From contig OY762897.2 in the NCBI GenBank assembly GCA_963666515.2, positions 2,240,001 through 2,304,000 on the forward strand: 64,000 nucleotides of DNA, read 5' to 3'. The position numbers and the translations under genes are program-made. This DNA comes from Candidatus Binatia bacterium (GTDB lineage: Bacteria; Desulfobacterota; Binatia; UBA9968; JAJDTQ01). A model generated the notes under the pieces. That model was given only the letters and a program-made list of their open reading frames with translations. It was not told the origin of the DNA and made no database searches. Shown here in pieces: positions 61,987 through 64,000 of this stretch (positions are counted from its first letter, which is position 1; each line of letters starts with the position of its first letter).

Positions 61987-63477
61987 ATGAGCGACGTCAC
62001 ATTCGTGGACACCACGCTGCGGGACGGCAACCAGAGCCTGTGGGCCTTCAACATGAAGACCGCGGCCATGCTGGAAAGCATCGAGCGCATGGACCGGGCG
62101 GGCTTCGAGTCCATGGAGTTCTTCACCGCCACGATGTTCAAGAAGTACGTGCGCGAGCACAAGGAGAACCCGTGGCACTGGCTGCGGGAGGGCGCACGGC
62201 GCGCGCGCAACACCCCGTTACGGCTCCACGGCGGCATCAAGGGCGGACTGGAGAAGAAACCCACGTCGGTGGCGCGGCTGGTGGTCCAGCACGTCATCGA
62301 CAGCGGCATCACCCTGACCCGCACCTCCAACCCCTGGAACGACTACTCCGTATTCAAGGAGGACGTGGAGGCGCTGCGCGAGGTGGGCATGAACTGCGTG
62401 GTGAACCTGATCTACTCGGTGTCGCCGCGGCACACCGACGAGTACTACGCGCAGAAGGCCCGGGAAGCCGCCGCGCTGAAGCCCTGGCGCATCTGCTTCA
62501 AGGACGTGGGCGGCCTGCTCACCCCCGAGCGCACCCGGACACTGGTACCCCTCGTGCTGGACAACATCGGCGACGTGCCGGTGGAGTTCCACGCCCACTG
62601 CAACAACGGGCTGGCGCCGATCAACTACCTGGAAGCCATCGAGCTGGGCATGACCACCATCCACACCAGCGTGCCGCCCCTGGCCAACGGCTCGGCCCAG
62701 CCGTCGATCTTCAACATGCTCCGGAACGTACGCGCCATGGGCCATACCGCATCGGTGGACGAGGAAGTGCTGAAGCCGGTGCAGGAGCACTTCACCTTCG
62801 TCGCCAAGCGCGACGGCCTGCCCATGGGCGCGCCCGCGGCCTTCGACCAGTCCGTCTATGCCCACCAGGTGCCCGGCGGCATGATCGCCAACTTCCGCCA
62901 TCAACTGGGGTTGGTAGGCATGCTGGACAAGCTGCCGGCGGCGCTGGAGGAGGCCGCGCGGGTGCGCGCGGAGTGGGGCTATCCCATCATGGTGACGCCG
63001 CTGTCCCAGTTCGTCGGCACGCAGGCCGCCATCAACATCATCATGGGGGAACGCTACAAGCAGGTCACCGACCAGTCCATCCAGTACGCCCACGGCATCT
63101 GGGGCCGGGAGGGCGCGGAACTGATGGACCCCGACGTGAAGGACCGCATCCTGGGGCGGCCGCGCGCGAAGGACTGGGAAGGCTGGCAGCAGCCGGACCC
63201 GTCGCTCCCCGAGGTGCGGACGCAGCTCGGCAGCTCCTCCATGTCCGACGAGGAGCTGATCCTGCGGGTCTTCGCCGGGGACGAGGCGGTGGAGGAACTG
63301 CAGAACGCCGGCCGGCCCCGCGAGTACCTGAGCGCCAGCCAGCCGCTGGTGCGGCTCGTGAACGAGCTGACCAAGCAGCAGGAGTACACCCAGGTCTACA
63401 TCCGCAAGCCGGGCTTCTCCCTCACCCTGGGACGGAGCGCCGACGGCGAGGCGGCGGAAGACACCGCGGCCCTGTAG
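61987..63477 (+). CDS. PycB/OadA-like carboxyltransferase without biotinyl domain (copy 2)
   Basis: Same motifs and same length (496 aa) as copy 1; GAGGA RBS. Confidence 0.9.
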   Translation: MSDVTFVDTTLRDGNQSLWAFNMKTAAMLESIERMDRAGFESMEFFTATMFKKYVREHKENPWHWLREGARRARNTPLRLHGGIKGGLEKKPTSVARLVVQHVIDSGITLTRTSNPWNDYSVFKEDVEALREVGMNCVVNLIYSVSPRHTDEYYAQKAREAAALKPWRICFKDVGGLLTPERTRTLVPLVLDNIGDVPVEFHAHCNNGLAPINYLEAIELGMTTIHTSVPPLANGSAQPSIFNMLRNVRAMGHTASVDEEVLKPVQEHFTFVAKRDGLPMGAPAAFDQSVYAHQVPGGMIANFRHQLGLVGMLDKLPAALEEAARVRAEWGYPIMVTPLSQFVGTQAAINIIMGERYKQVTDQSIQYAHGIWGREGAELMDPDVKDRILGRPRAKDWEGWQQPDPSLPEVRTQLGSSSMSDEELILRVFAGDEAVEELQNAGRPREYLSASQPLVRLVNELTKQQEYTQVYIRKPGFSLTLGRSADGEAAEDTAAL

Positions 63478-63498
63478 GGGTGGGTTTCAAACCCGCCC
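63474..63498. repeat. GTAG-family REP overlapping the stop codon
   Basis: gtaggggtgggtttcaaacccgccc. Confidence 0.65.
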
Positions 63499-63553
63499 GC
63501 GCCAAGGCAGGTCGCCGGCGGTCTGAATTGGCGGGAACCACCGAGGAACAGCC

Positions 63554-64000
63554 ATGAGCGACGTCACATTCGTGGACACCACGCTGCGGGACGGCAACCA
63601 GAGCCTGTGGGCCTACAACATGAGGACCGCGGCCATGCTGGAGGCCATCGAGGGCATGGATCGGGCGGGCTTCGAGTCCATGGAGTTCTTCAGCGCCACC
63701 ATGATCAAGAAGTACGTGCGCGAGCACAAGGAGAACCCGTGGCACTGGATCCGTGAAGGCACCCGGCGCGCCCGCAACACTGGGCTGCGGATGCACGGCA
63801 GCATCCGGGGCGGGCTGGAGAAGAAGCCCACGGCAGTGGCCAAGCTGGTGGTCAGCCACCTGGTGGAGAACGGCATCCGCCTGACGCGCAACTCCAACCC
63901 GTGGAACGACTACTCGGTGTTCAAGCAGGAGGTGGACGACCTGCGCGAACTGGGCATGGATGCCGTGGCGAACATCATCTACTCGGTGTCGCCGCGGCAC
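63554..64000 (+). CDS. PycB/OadA-like carboxyltransferase (copy 3, runs off the window)
   Basis: MSDVTFVDTTLRDGNQSLWAYNMRTAAM..; open to the window end; not in the ORF track. Confidence 0.9.
   Translation, partial: MSDVTFVDTTLRDGNQSLWAYNMRTAAMLEAIEGMDRAGFESMEFFSATMIKKYVREHKENPWHWIREGTRRARNTGLRMHGSIRGGLEKKPTAVAKLVVSHLVENGIRLTRNSNPWNDYSVFKQEVDDLRELGMDAVANIIYSVSPRH

Overview
High-GC bacterial chromosomal segment, densely coding (about 60 genes), with no rRNA, tRNA or CRISPR array that I can see. It looks like a metabolically versatile heterotroph: TTT and ABC transporters, LLM/SDR/amidohydrolase enzymes, a LigAB-like pair and a hydroxycinnamate cluster. The gene content is reminiscent of Binatia-like deltaproteobacteria, but that is only an inference. 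Housekeeping genes (ggt, uvrD/pcrA, thrH, ogt, ilvE, recQ) are interspersed with small accessory islets (DUF6338-like gene plus peptide ORF, Fic-vapBC, RelE/HigA plus decayed BrnT module) and several REP-like repeat families. Most notable: (1) a three-gene Rieske / b6-type cytochrome b / octaheme HAO-like operon with no cytochrome c1 (53948-57122); (2) at least three tandem biotinyl-less carboxyltransferase paralogs with divergent substrate loops (58837-64000); (3) a methyltransferase fused to an apparently circularly permuted alpha/beta-hydrolase fold; (4) duplicated hydroxycinnamoyl-CoA hydratase-lyases differing at known active-site positions; (5) a low-GC membrane protein plus small Pro/Lys-rich peptide pair; (6) an uncharacterised lipoprotein plus small helical protein pair. 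All calls are from motif recognition by eye; no database searches were run.
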